Shown one piece after another: positions 26,401-39,460 of a DNA stretch of 64,000 bases. Numbering within the stretch: the stretch's first letter is position 1; each line of letters begins with the position of its first letter. The DNA comes from Phoronis australis (taxonomy: Eukaryota; Animalia; Phoronida). The notes under the pieces are model-generated. The model was given only the letters and a program-made list of their open reading frames with translations. It searched no databases and was not told where the DNA came from. The position numbers and the translations under genes are program-made. The stretch is taken from NCBI GenBank assembly GCA_002633005.1, contig NMRA01000283.1:62001-126000 (forward strand), written 5' to 3'.

Positions 26401-29400
26401 GTGGTAAAAAAAAATTAAATTCCTACAAATGTCAAACGTATGTAGGAACAGTGGCGTACCTACGATTTTGTGGACAGAGAATTCGTCCACAGAGCCTCGT
26501 TACAGTAATTATAGGAAAAAGCGGCCTAACGTAAGAGTCGGTAGGACTTAATTCTAGGTAGGGTGTTCCAACCAACTGAGCGCCGCAGATCCCCTAGTGT
26601 GTAATTCTGGAGTTTTTGTGATACGATATTAGTGGTCGTACTTGTAATATTTTGGTAACACTTGAACAGATTATCGACCCGTGAACTTAAGTGGCATCTT
26701 GTGTCAAGCTTCTTGAATAAACCCAGAACACGAAAAGCAATATTCTCATATTTCATTTCAGTAATCGACCACGAGACAACAATGGGACTAGAAGCTTCAG
26801 ATGTGCGTTACAACAGCTCAACCTTTTTCTACACTCGAACAATAGCGGACATACAGCAGAATCTGGACAGCGAGAAAGCGACGAGATTCTATGACATGGT
26901 GCCTGGTTCGAAGACTGAAGATCGGTCGGCTGCAAGAAGGCTCAAACACCTGCATGACAAAATTCTGAACAACGCATCCAAGCTCCACCAGTCGGCAACC
27001 GGGGAAATCTACTGGAGCGAACCCCGCGGTGTTGACAAAACCGCCCACAAGACTTACTTAGAACATGTGTGTAACTGCTTCTATATGACCGTGCGAGACC
27101 TGATCGACGAAGGAATGAAAGTAGAGCAATCGCAGATCGAAGATGATTTGTACTGCGAGGTCTTACGTCACTGGACCTGGGCTAAAGAGAGGCTTTCAGT
27201 CTACGTCGACAGGCCGGAAGTGTTTCAGAGACTCTGGGACTACATAGCGCAAGATTCTGCTCATCCGCTTATTCTCAGTGGACCACCAGGATGTGGCAAG
27301 ACAGTATTGATGGCACGCGCGGCTGCAGAAGCTGCCGAAATTCTGACTAATCGCCACGTGAAGTGCAGCATTATCATGAGATTTCTTGGGATGACTCCTG
27401 AAAGCACTTCTATACGACTACTCCTGCGAAGCCTTTGTCACCAAATTTCACAAAATACGCAGAAATACCGACACAAAATACCAGAAGACTTCCACAACCT
27501 AAAGAAATACTTTACAGATTTGGTGCAAAAGGGAGAGTTCCGTGGAATGATGGTGATATTATTAGATTCTGTTGATCAACTATCTTCCCTAGACAACGCT
27601 TTCAAACTTGATTGGTTGCCATCGCATATAGCCAACAATGTCAAAATTATTGTAACAGCGTCGAGCAACGACGAAAATGGTGTGTTGTCCAGGCTACAAC
27701 GAAAACTGGGACGCGAAGAGAGCTTCTACGAAATTACGCCAATCAAGTCTTACCATTGCAGTGACGTCATAAAAACACTTCTTCAACAAAATAATCGCTA
27801 TCTGCAGCCACAGCAATGGCGAATTGTTGAAAAGGCGTTCTTCCAGGATTCGTCACCACTGTTTGCCAAATTAGTAACTCAAGTTGTTGGTTCATGGAAG
27901 TCGTACAAAATTGCTGAGCAATGTAACATCGCTGCGACAACATACCTGTGCTTAGATCGAGTATTCGATCACTTAGAAAAGAAGCATGGGAAATTGTTTG
28001 TCTCGCGAGTCACGGGATATATTACTGCTACACCTCACGGCGTTAGTGAGGCACAGCTCGACGATATACTGTCGCTGGACGATGAAGTCATTAATGCGGT
28101 GTGTCCATATTGGGAGCCTGTTCCGCGGCGATGTCCGCCAATATTTTTTGCAAAGCTGCGCTATGACCTTCGTCATTGGTTAGTTGTACGGGAGATAGAC
28201 AAAATGCAACTGACTTTTTGGAAAGAAAGACAAATAGAAAAGTTCGTACGTGATCGATACCTTTCCGATACAAAAAACGAACAAACTGTGCATAGCATCA
28301 TGTCGGACTACTTCCTTGGAAAATGGGCAGGCACGTTTGAAAAGCCTTTTCAAGTCACAAAGATTGGAATATCTACAAAAACAGTGATGGGAAAAGCCCT
28401 ACGACATGTGCCGCAACAGCCAATTGTTTTTACAGATTACAACTTGAGTGGTACATTCAATCTCTCCAAGTTGACGCAGATGCCTTACCACCTGGCCAAA
28501 AGTGGACGCTTTGAGGAACTTAAGAACGAAGTCTTATTCAACTACATGTGGATTTACGTAAAGATGAAGGCACTATCGCCATTGCACACAATACCAGACT
28601 ATGAACTCATAGATGACGAAGAAGTTCGGCTTGTGCGAGATGCGCTTAAGGCTGCCGCACCCGCACTGGTCAACGACCTGAACGTCTTGGGCGTAGAATT
28701 GTCTGGTCGTCTGCTGCCCCACCGAGATGAGTGGACGAATATCCGCAAACTTCTCCATCAGTGTGATCTAATAGCATTCACACACTGTCCGTTGGTGCCT
28801 TACTACCAAATGTACGCAGCGCCAGGCGGTCCTCTCCAGTACGTCTGCGAAGTGGACAAAGACTTCAGGTCAAGTGTTAACGCGCTCCTCGTGGAGAACG
28901 AAGACGGTGTCATACTCGTCGCAAAACCTGAGCAAAGTACAACGACGCACTTGTGGGACTTGCTGGAAGGCGATCCGAAAATGGACCTCGTCTGCCCCAT
29001 CGGTCGGCTGTTTTCCAACGAAGATGGCAAGTTCCTTAACGTCTTCAAGTGTGACAGATTCTTGCATATCTTCAATGTTGAACAAGGACAGTTGTATGCC
29101 GAGATAGACACTGGTGTTACTGCAAAATATACCAGCGTCAGCAGTACCTCTCGTTATTTGGCGTTTACACTTGAGAAGCAGCCGAGTCCTTATGTAGTAG
29201 ATGTAGAAGCGAGAGTACTTTTACACAAGTTCACACTAAGATCGCAGGCAGTTTGTATCAGTCGTGATAACAGATTCTTGGCATGTAATTCCGACCACCA
29301 GCTGATGTTGTATACCCTGCCTCTAATGGAACGTAAGTGTGTCATCGGTACTGAAGAGCTTGTTGAACGGATTCTCTTCACGAAGCATTCCAATAAGTTT

Positions 29401-31329
29401 CTAGTCTTGTTAAGAAACAAACAGCTCTCTACTTACATGGCGGATACAGTGAAACGAAAAATGACATACTCACATGTCATCAAGGACATTGAGATGCAAG
29501 AATTCAAGCTGTCTCATTCTGAGGACCAAATTCTGGTGCGAGCGTCGCGATGTGTTTATCTGATTGACTCGAACACAGAGGCGATCCGACACAGAATACA
29601 AAACATGCCATCCGGGGTGTATCTCGATCCGAAGTCTACTTTTACGGGGGCAGGTTTCACGCCTAACGATGAACTTCTTGTAGCCACCAGGCACACATAT
29701 CTTGGAATATGGAATGCTAATACCGCTGAGCCTCTACGACTCTTACAAACCAACGTCTCTACCATATCCCAGCTGTTCACGTCAAGTGCCGTCAACAAAA
29801 TGGTGACGCTATTGTCCAACGACACAGTTCAAATATGGAGTCTCGACGACATGTATTCTGAGATTAATTTTCTCAATGAGACCGTCGCCGGACCAGTGAC
29901 TTCCTTCGATCTCTCTACTCCAGGATTACGACTGGTAAGCGCCAGCAACACTAACGCCGAAGCTAAAATCGTCGACATGACAAATGGACAAAAGACGTTC
30001 ACACTCCAGCACACACACGAATTTGACTGGCGCGCGCTTGAAGTAATCATGTCACCACAGGGAAAGTATGTTGTTACTCGGTCGCCTAATGACGTCATGG
30101 GTGCGTTACCATGTCCATTGTTCTGTCAAGACCAGCTATGGGATGCGGCTACCGGTAAGAGAATTGGCTCTCCAGTGGCAAACAGTCGCTGGGCATTTTT
30201 CAGCCCAGACGACACCGCAGTAGTTCACTTGATTTGCTCCGCGTTTGACACATCTGAGAATTACGCTATGGCTTTCTATCAAGCTCACTGCATTCAGTAT
30301 CCATTTGTGGGAAACGCTAGCACAATGGACATTCGTCTTGGCAGCATAATCTGTCCGCCGTTTGTATCATCCGAAAATACACACCTAGTGTACATAGAGT
30401 ATCGTCCCAATGTGGTACCTGGCGAGAAGCACGAAGGGGGATATAACACGTTCTTTGCCACACACGCGCTGTTCCAGAGCCGGTCGTATAAGCCAATATA
30501 CACAGCAGACAAATTGTGTAGCGATCTCAGCAAACGCGACCGCCTTCTCGACATAAGGTCCTTGCCGGAGAACAATGTGTTGATAGCATATGGTGTCAAC
30601 GCAGCAACTATACCAGCACGTCACAACGAAGACGGCACAGTCAGCAGACTGGTTTACAATATTCCAAAGGGTGCTTTGATATACAACGTTACTAAAGGGG
30701 AACTTCTCAGAAGGATAGATTCCTTCTTACATCCGGAGAGTCACCTTGGCACTTTGACAATGTCAAGTCGAGGCAAAGTCATAATTGACAGTAAATTCCG
30801 GGTGTTTAAAGACGGACAGTTCCTAAATAAGCTCAATGTTCCCTGCCCGCAGTTGGGGGTCCCTACATTATTGAATGGGGAATACGTGGCAGCAGCTTCG
30901 AAGAACAGAAGAGAAATTCATATCCTTCGCTGCGTAGACGGTTACAGAAACGCCAGGATATTCGTACACAGCTTGGCCACCGGCATTAAAGTGGGTGCTG
31001 ACGACAGGACGGTAGCTGTCGGCTGCCACGATGGACGAATAATGGTATTTACTCTAGTTGTTCAATTGAGTGACCCAGTCAGAGAGGTCATTTCCAAGAT
31101 ACCTTCAAGAACTTCCCGTGCTACTATGACGGAGAGACCAAAGAGTGCGCTCGACAAAGACATATTTAATTTGGCACTAACACAGCCGGATCACACCCGA
31201 CTTGTTGACCAGTTAGAGTTCAACAGACAGGAAGACTACAGGCGGCCCCCGTCGTACAGAACATTGAACACCGCGGTTGACATTACAAGGAATAGAGTAG
31301 ATTCTTCCCAGGCATGCGTGATACAGTAG
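23483..31329 (+). CDS. NACHT and WD-repeat domain-containing protein (NWD1/NWD2/qui-1-like STAND NTPase) with DUF4062-like N-terminus and C-terminal CaaX; first exon not resolved
   Basis: Exons 23483-23710, 24144-24232, 24521-24637, 25132-25318, 26266-26391, 26762-31329 splice in frame (5315 nt, ~1770 aa). N-terminal VKIYMSSNYTDAIEERNAL...YGVEFQVVDLRWG...CLEEIRNC...FIGQKYG; Walker A GPPGCGKT; Walker B VILLDSVDQL; HGVSEAQLDDILSLDDEV; degenerate WD ends (THLWD, LGIWN, VQIWS, DQLWD, VGCHDGRIMVF); ends SQACVIQ*. Confidence 0.92.
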
Positions 31330-32189
31330 CAATCTCACACAACGACACATTACAAGTAGCCAGCATTATTGTACATTTGCTCAATTCACAATGATGCATG
31401 ACAGCCTATTTTAAAGTTCTTGTATTTAAGTGAACATTTGCTACCTCTTCATGATTCTTGCACGTATTTAAGTCAAGTGCATACACGCTAAAATGTGCCT
31501 GCACCCATATCTTATATGGGGCCATATGCAATGCATCTGAGTTTTAACCAGTTTTTTAAAATAACCTAATATGGGATGAACTTGACTTATTGTGAGTTGC
31601 AAAACAGTAGACCGGCGTTGAGGCATTTTCAATGTATCATAGACTATAAAAGGAATAAAAATTGTCAGTAGACACAAAAGGAACAAGTTTTAAGACATGC
31701 ACACACACAAAGGATAGTCGCCTGTGCCTACAAGAGAAGCAATAAGTCCATGCCCTATGTTAATATTCCAATAAGAAGCATATACATTTAAAAATCCCAT
31801 TTTTTGACACAGGCTCAAGATGATGTTAGGAAATTATAGTTTTTGGTATTAAAAAGTTGAAGTGATGCTGTAAAAAATTTATTGTTAACCAGCATGAATT
31901 TATGTAAATACAATTTAAAACATGAAAAATTTGTTGAAAATTTTATCATGCACCTATTCATGTATAAATTAAAAGTGGTCATGTTAAAAAAGTGACTGCC
32001 ACACAAACACAAAATTTTCTGACAGCAAGTAACACAAAACAAAATCTTGTAACAACTATAACAAATCTGATGCACTGCAGCCAATTAAATATCAATTCAT
32101 ATCATTACCACAGGACAACAAACATATCCTCTGATACCACAGAGCCATAAAATGACATCTTGAAGTACCAGTTCAAAGAGGTTTTACTG

Positions 32190-32400
32190 CTGCAATCACT
32201 AACATTTTTGAGTCTGGTCTGCACGCCACCTGTTGGCCACACCACATGACCTCATGATATAAGTCTGATTTATGCCCCCCCTCCCCCGCCCCCCCCCCTC
32301 CGAGTAAGACTTGAACCAGGTCGGAGGCAGAAATTTTTCAGACTTATATTATTACGTGATGGGGCCAACAGGTGGTGTGGAGGCCAAACTTAAATGTTTG
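32190..32400. repeat. Dispersed palindromic repeat family (CAGGTGGCGTGCAGAC core)
   Basis: 32200-32252 is the reverse complement of ~59643-59700; the same core occurs at ~25610-25660 and, inverted, at ~32355-32400. Confidence 0.6.
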
Positions 32401-32799
32401 TGATCTATGTTTCCATGCCGGTTCAGGATTTACACTGCTTTGTTGAAAACCTTGGCAAAATGAAACACTCTTTCCAGCAATTTTATCTATAAGATATACA
32501 TAATCAACAACTTCTACTGGGAAGAAACTTGTTTGAAACAAAACGAGATTACACATTTTAAAGACATCAGGTTCTGTAAACTTTCGTAAGGGAACATAAA
32601 AGAGGATTAAACATATAATCAGTCACTTTTGCATACTCACAGCTCTGAGAACTTGCTTCCCAGTAAAATGTCGGTCTTCAAGACACAATTCAGAATCTTG
32701 CCTTGTTTGCTTGGAACTGTTAATAAAACAGACTGCCAACTTTATTCATCAGTCAGTTTGTAGGCTTTTCAACTTAGTTAAAATCTATAAACGACAATT

Positions 32800-33041
32800 T
32801 TCATGAAATGTGAGCACTCACCCTCCCTCAGACATTGATGGCTTGCTGCCAAGTTTTGCCGTTAATCAGCCAGGCCTTAGGGTAGATCAACCACTTGTTG
32901 TCTGCCTGCTGGGCAAAGTCACAATATTCATGAAATATGAGCACTCACACCCCCTCAGACATTATAAAATTTTGCTGCCAAATTTTGCCTACAGTTGGGC
33001 TTTATGGTAGATCAACCACCAGTTGTCTATCTGCTGGGCAA
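32800..33041. repeat. Diverged tandem duplication of a ~120-bp unit just downstream of the SLX1 stop
   Basis: TTCATGAAAT(G/A)TGAGCACTCAC...CTCAGACATT...TTGCTGCCAA.TTTTGCC...GGTAGATCAACCAC..GTTGTCT..CTGCTGGGCAA occurs twice. Confidence 0.8.
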
Positions 33042-33133
33042 TCTCATGGACTGCATTAATATTCCAGAAGTGTTGTCTTCCAACTTCCAAGGCTCACGGC
33101 TAACTGTAAAACACGTACTGTCCCAATTTGGTT

Positions 33134-36100
33134 TCAACAAGCTTGAGATAGTTGGTCAGCCCAATGATCGTCATCATCTTCAGTACTAGCAGCCTCAATC
33201 TGAAAGGAAACGTCAGCGGTGAAGCAACGAGATCAGTGTTCGTAGACTGCTGAGTAGTCTGACTTGGATACCACTACTACGCGCTAAGGAAAACTTTATT
33301 ACCGAACAATTAACTGTGATAACAACATGCATTATTATGAAGAGCACCGTCATAAGGGAGCATGCAAAATGCAAGAGGATGGGATTAATTCAGAGTACAA
33401 TGCAAAAGGGAAAAGAGATTAAAGGGCACCTGAGGGAAAGTGCCTGTGCCTTCTGAGGGCAATTTTTGGTGGAGGAGAAAATCCCAGCCTCCCCAGTCAC
33501 CATCCTTTACCAGCAAAGCCTCAAGTAGCCAAAACCAATGTTTTGCAGATTCTGAAGTGATTCTAACCTCAAGTGAGACTTCAAAGAAATTTTTGGGCCT
33601 CATGAGGGTAATTTTTCCTGTGATATTAAAAAATTTCACAGGAAAGTAAAGCCCGATATTCAGCCACAAATTCGAGGCACAGAGGGGCCTTGGGTTCTGA
33701 CATGCAACAGGGAAATCTGGGAGAGCTTTCTGCTTTCTGAAAGCAGGAAAAGAGGCACAAACCTTACCCAGGTCATCAACTAACCTCATTTCGGTAGCAC
33801 CCTTTCTTGAATCTAACCAGTTCTCCCCAGATGACCTCCTCAGAACACTTTGGACATTGTCCAGAGATGGGTAGCAGTTCATCCATGTCATGTTGTAGAA
33901 ACTTCCTGGCCAGACACAGCGTGTGACTGGTCATGCTGCATTGTGGGTGATAACAGCGGAGCTTGTGGTCTTCTGACTGGGACATAGTAATAACACATAA
34001 AAAATCAAACAATCATATTCAGTGTTCCTGAATTCAAGAATCTAGCAAAATATCTATATTTACAATCTTATTTTTGATATGCACAGCTCAATTCAAACAC
34101 TGAAACATTAACCTAAACCATGCATGTCCAAACCCTTTCTAACATGGGCCAGCCCATGTAGAAGGAAATGCACAATGGGCCGAAATAATATTTTTTTCAA
34201 AGCAATATCACATGGTGTGTTATAGAATAGCTGATATAGAATAATATTTATTTAGCTTATTTTTGACTTGCCCATCAGCCAAACCAATGTGACAAAAGGG
34301 GGCTAACACATGCAACACTAGTGTGTTTTGGATGAACACATTGGCAAAAGCATAAAAATATTTAACATTCCACAACTAGGCAATCAATGGGAGCAAGATG
34401 TAGTTTGTCTGGAGTAACCTCTGTGGAGGGCAATGGGAAGTATGTCACCCAATTAACAATGTGTTATAATTGTTAAGTTGTTCCCATCATACTATTAACT
34501 GAAAAGACAATCGTGTCTTTTGGTGAAGCATACAGGAAACCTAGCCTAATGTAAGGTCCAGTTCTGGAAGTGATAATGGTTGTTGGTACTGGATCTTCAG
34601 GGAAAAATCGCACAGTAGGTTTGATAAACACTGAAGGGATAGGTTTCTTCATGTCTTAGATGTGTTCAGTAGGAAAGGTAGAGATAACAATGTTGATGTG
34701 CGCTTTACTGACCCTGAAAAATTCCAGAAGCGACACCTTTTTTCAATCAACCAAAATTTCTGTTTTTTACCCAACGTTTAAGCAACATATGAATTTTAAT
34801 TAGGAGCACTGGAAATGTGAGGGTCATAATGAAACTTTGTAGAGGGCTACACAAAAATGGGTGGTGGGCCCCGGGACACCAATGTGCTCTAGAGGTCAAC
34901 ATTCTGTCTAACATACCAAATGCCGAAAATAGGAGGGTACATAATACATAAATACTGTACACAAAATACACATAAAAAGAAAACAGCAAAACGACATTCA
35001 AATAATGCATACTCAACCAACCTTGAACCTTTTGAAACAAACTTCACATCGGGTGCGCGAGGTTCCCACAACTGTCACAAGTGTGCTGTCCTCTTTTTCA
35101 ACAGGTTCACTACATGACGACTCAGGTATAACTTTGTGTTTACGTTTTGGATTAACACTTTTCACTGGACCGTAAGCTATGGCCATGTGGACAGGTGGCG
35201 CCAAATGTGGTTCAAACTCGAGTTGGTAGTCCTGATTCAACCACCGAATCGTTAACGCCAGACGATTCCACGGACTGGTGCGAAGCATTTCTGAGAGTAC
35301 TTTGAACTTGTATTTGTACCCCTGGTCCTTTCTTGTTTTGGGAGGGATGTGGCGCAAGTGTCGTGACAAGTCAGGGTGTTGCCAAGCCCATTCAAACTGA
35401 AACAGTAGCACCCTCCATCATGATCTTCTTCAAAAAAAACACACACTGAGGTCGAATTAGTTAAACTCAATTGCTCCAAACTCAAGGAACTGCAGCAGCT
35501 GCAAGACTGACAAATTTCTAATATGTGTCCAAATCGAATAACAAAGCAGCCGCTTTTTATACTCAGTCTCCGTGCTTTTAGAACCTTATGTTCAGGGAGC
35601 AAACTTGTACAACAAAGGCACGCCATAAAAAAATGAGCTTGTCCTTAATTGAGTGGAAATTTTAGAAATCTTCGGAACTCAACAAAATATTTAATTGGAA
35701 GTAGAACTGTCCCTAGTACTGAGTAATGTGACTGTTTAAAACTTTGTTTGATAAATCCTTTAGTTGTAAAAGTACAACTGACACAATCATTTATGCAGTG
35801 GCATAGCCACTTGGGAACAACAGGACCAAGACTCCATTGTGAAAAGGTGCTCCATGATCAAAACTCATTTAAATTTTGCATTTGCTTTCCTGCATTCAAT
35901 ACAAAGTGTCACCAGGTTGCCTCCCATATCAGCCCCCTAGCCGCTAACAATTTTGTGTTTGTCCCCAACATCTGCCAATGCCAGTACAGTGTATGTTTAC
36001 CTTCAAAGCCGCGATTTCATTGGGAAATCCATGTACAATCAGAACCATTGTCCTATAAAGTAGTGAACATACAACTGGTTAGCATACAAGGATTGGAAGG

Positions 36101-38753
36101 ACAAGGGTGTTACCATCATACACATCAACCTGATGGTGATAACAGCTGTCCAATGATTCAAGACATATATTGTCACCTTTTTGCTCTTTTGATAGACAAA
36201 GGTACAAAGATCCTTGACAATAACCTTTATCCCATACGCACTGAATAAGTCGAGTGCAATATGGTCATGCGATATTGTTTTCCGTATTCACCTCCCGCTG
36301 TGGTATATCAATGCGTGTTGCGGCCAATAGATGGCGAGCACATGGTAATAAATAAAACAACACACGAATACAGTTGTCCGTTCTCCAGGACAACTGAGGT
36401 ATAGACACTTATCACAGACGTTGGTCTCAGCCTGTAAGTCAATTTGAACCGGCTAGTGATTGTTCTGGAGGGTTAGTTCTGTTGTGACTTGTTTTGTGTT
36501 AACTTGTGCGGTAGCTACGGGGAACCAGTGGCACTGTTGATTAGTAGTTTTTCCAGTAGCGATATCTTGGCTCAATCAGTTAGTCGTCAGTCTCACAACT
36601 TATTGTAATCTATTGTTTGTAAATCACGCTGCAAATTAATAGACGTATTCTATTGTTAAAGTATTCGTGTGTTGTTTTATTTATTACCATGTGCGCGCCA
36701 TCTGTCGGCCGCAACACGCATTGATATACCACAGCGGGAGGTGAATACGGAAAACAATATCGCACGGGTCCTTTTTGGTGCCGTGGCCCGGATGTCTGAG
36801 GTTGTGGTCTATGGTGGATCCAGTCTGCCCTGGTATAGAGAGAAAGTACTTTAAATACTAAACTTTAGTGGCATCATGCAATGAACCCACTCTTTATGTA
36901 CACATATGTCCATCTCCTTATAACGAGCTAAATATAACGAGCTAACTGACCATCCCCTAGAAAATTCTTGCATAACTCCCACAATTCCTGGGTTTTCAAC
37001 ATCAGAACACTATTCCTGGATTTAACTACCACAGAGGTAGCATATCCCCTGAAATTTCTTGCATGCACTTGGAGGGCATAGCCTCATTATATTACACCGC
37101 ACTACTTCAATAGTGACCTTTGTTCAAAAGGTAGGTCAATGTCAACTCAATGTCATTAGCCTGTTCGATCATCAAACTTTTTCAAAAGAGTTTAAAGCAA
37201 TACAATTGCAGCAGTATAAGTAACACTTAATGTGCAATCAGGTCCCAAACGTAACATCTGGAACAAAACTGTTACAGTAATTACGTGACATCTTTGTTTC
37301 AGATTTTAATTGCTAAATAGTATAATGTCTACAGCTCAGGCGCTGATGCCTCGGTAACTACAATATCAAATATTGTAGTTATTTAACTATTTTCAAGAGA
37401 TGCTACAGTTTCAATGTACAATATTACCATCGTTTTCATCCTTGTTGTCTTTTATCAAGTAATAAATCTTAACATTTCAAATTGTTTCTTGTAACCTAAC
37501 GCACAAGTACATACAAAAAGGATGTGATCCACCACGTGAACAGTCCTAGTGACGTGTTCAAAAAGTCTGCAGAAAAAATAATGAAACTTAGGAATTCGAA
37601 GCGTATGGGATAAATACAAAACGTACCTCAATTAGCATCGATGAAGTAATATCCCACTTGACATTATTCCGCATATAATGTTGAGTGGGATATTACTTCA
37701 TCTAGGCCACTCTCTGTACATTTTGTGAATGTCCACACTGCAGTCGCTAAAGTACCAATCATTGAATCAATACTATTTTGTGAAATGAGAATAATGTTTC
37801 ATCAATCTCTACCTCCAGAAACTTACAATTACGGAATACCCGTCGATCGNCTCGAACAAAACTGTTACAGTAATTATGTGAGACATCTTTGTTTCAGATT
37901 TTAATTGCTAAATAGTATAATGTCTACAGCTCAGGCGTTGATGCCTCGGTAACTACAATATCAAATATTGTAGTTATTTAACAATTTTCAAGAGATGCTA
38001 CAATTTCAATGTACAATATTACCATCGTTTTCATCCTTGTTGTCTTTTATCAAGTAATAAATCTTAACATTTCAAATTGTTTCTTGTAACCTAACGCACA
38101 AGTACATACAAAAAGGATGTGATCCACCACGTGAACAGTCCTAGTGACGTGTTCAAAAAATCTGCAGAAAAAATAATGAAACTTAGGAATTCGAAGCGTA
38201 TGGGATAAATACAAAACATACCTCAATTAGCATAGATGAAGTAATATCCCACTTGACATTATTCCGCATATAATGTTGAGTGGGATATTACTTCATCTAG
38301 GCCACTCTCCGTACATTTTGTGAATGTCCACACTGCAGTCACTAAAGTACCAATCATTGCATCAATACTATTTTGTGAAATGAGAATAATGTTTCATCAA
38401 TCTCTACCTCCAGAAACTTACAATTACGGAATACCCGTCGATCGTCGTTTTGCAATAACAATACACTGCTCATTGGAAATAGCTGAGGTTAAACAAAGCC
38501 AGCAATTGACATTGTTTCTAACATTTTATGCTTGCATACACACGCTATACATATGGTACAAAGGTCCGAGTCAATCATACCAAGGTCCCCGCCCACTTGT
38601 CCTCCAAGCCCCGCCCTTATGCTTGCCAGTGTTGTGCTGCTGAAGCCTTCTGTTGGGGTCCACAGTGAAGCCTATGTAAGTTCTGCCCTTGTAGCGAGGG
38701 TTCTCACAGTACAATAAATAGCAGCCAAAGAACTGCTCCACTTCATGAGCCAT
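33134..38753 (-). CDS. SLX1: Structure-specific endonuclease subunit SLX1 (GIY-YIG nuclease + C-terminal RING-like Zn finger), 285 aa
   Basis: Exons 38753-38581, 36052-36001, 35396-35022, 33976-33785, 33199-33134 (858 nt, canonical GT-AG). Motifs FFGCYLL...[16 protein letters not shown]...[12 protein letters not shown] / [16 protein letters not shown] / FEWAWQHP / CEVC...[17 protein letters not shown]...GQCPKC...WGELVR / HWADQL. Possible 74-bp 5'-UTR intron 38840-38767. Confidence 0.96.
36266..36766. mobile_element. MITE with ~106-bp TIRs in SLX1 intron 1
   Basis: 36266-36371 and 36661-36766 are near-perfect reverse complements (C(A/G)TGCGATATTGTTTTCCGTATTCACCTCCCGCTGTGG...); flanked by GGT at 36263-36265 and 36767-36769 (putative 3-bp TSD). 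Confidence 0.85.
37261..38444. repeat. ~590-bp tandem duplication split by a single n (likely uncollapsed haplotypes)
   Basis: 37261-37849 is nearly identical to 37854-38444 apart from scattered SNPs/indels; n at 37850 sits at the junction. Confidence 0.85.
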
Positions 38754-39460
38754 GTTTTGATCCTCACTGGAATACACAAATTATTATATTAAAGTACTAG
38801 CCATTCCCTATTTTGAAGTGCGAAAAGTCGTCAGATATACCTGCTCGTTTTCCCGTGGTCTACTGTATAATAAGGAAGGAAGTGATGTCGAGTTTCTGGT
38901 GGTTGTGACAAATTAAGCATGTTGTGTCTCTTCATTTTCCCGTCAGATATGGCACAAGTTTGTACTTGTAAGGAACACGCATTTCGGTGGAGATATGGCA
39001 CTGGGTACATTCAAATATCTCACTCATGTTCGTGGAGCCAAAAAACTTTGAAGTCGCTTTTCTTTGTTTTGGGGATCATGATTTGATATGCAATGCTATA
39101 AAAGGTTTATTGATGTTGACAAGATGAATGGTGGTTTTAAGGACTTTATGGGAAATAAGAACAGTTGATTGAACTAACAATGAAAAATAAATTTGTCAAT
39201 AGGTATGCTGTATTTACGGTGTCCAGTCCATGAAGCACCGAAGCGTTCTTAAATGAACAACTTCTGCACATTGAAATGTTCTTATTCAACGCGTAATGTT
39301 GCTTGATCAATGCAGAGTGTTACCCAATCAAAGTCAAGTTTAAACTTACAGGAAAATTCCTGGACTGTGCCTTTGCGCTTTTAGCGCATCAAGAAATAAA
39401 AAGGTGCAAGTACATTGCAGCAGTGCATCTCCCCCACGTGCATTTTTTAAAATGCAACAC

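Noticed and set aside
26662-26761. ORF-track start of the 1555-aa ORF
   Set aside because: Intronic read-through; the acceptor TTTCATTTCAG at 26761 joins in phase to exon 26266-26391.
33385-33891. 168-aa minus-strand ORF
   Set aside because: Alternative frame of SLX1 exon 4 running into intron sequence; no recognisable domain.
35748-36248. 166-aa plus-strand ORF
   Set aside because: Antisense to SLX1 exon 2 and introns; no protein motif or splice support.
37261-38444. Biological tandem duplication in SLX1 intron 1
   Set aside because: The junction coincides with a single n and the copies differ at allelic level; most likely an assembly artefact.
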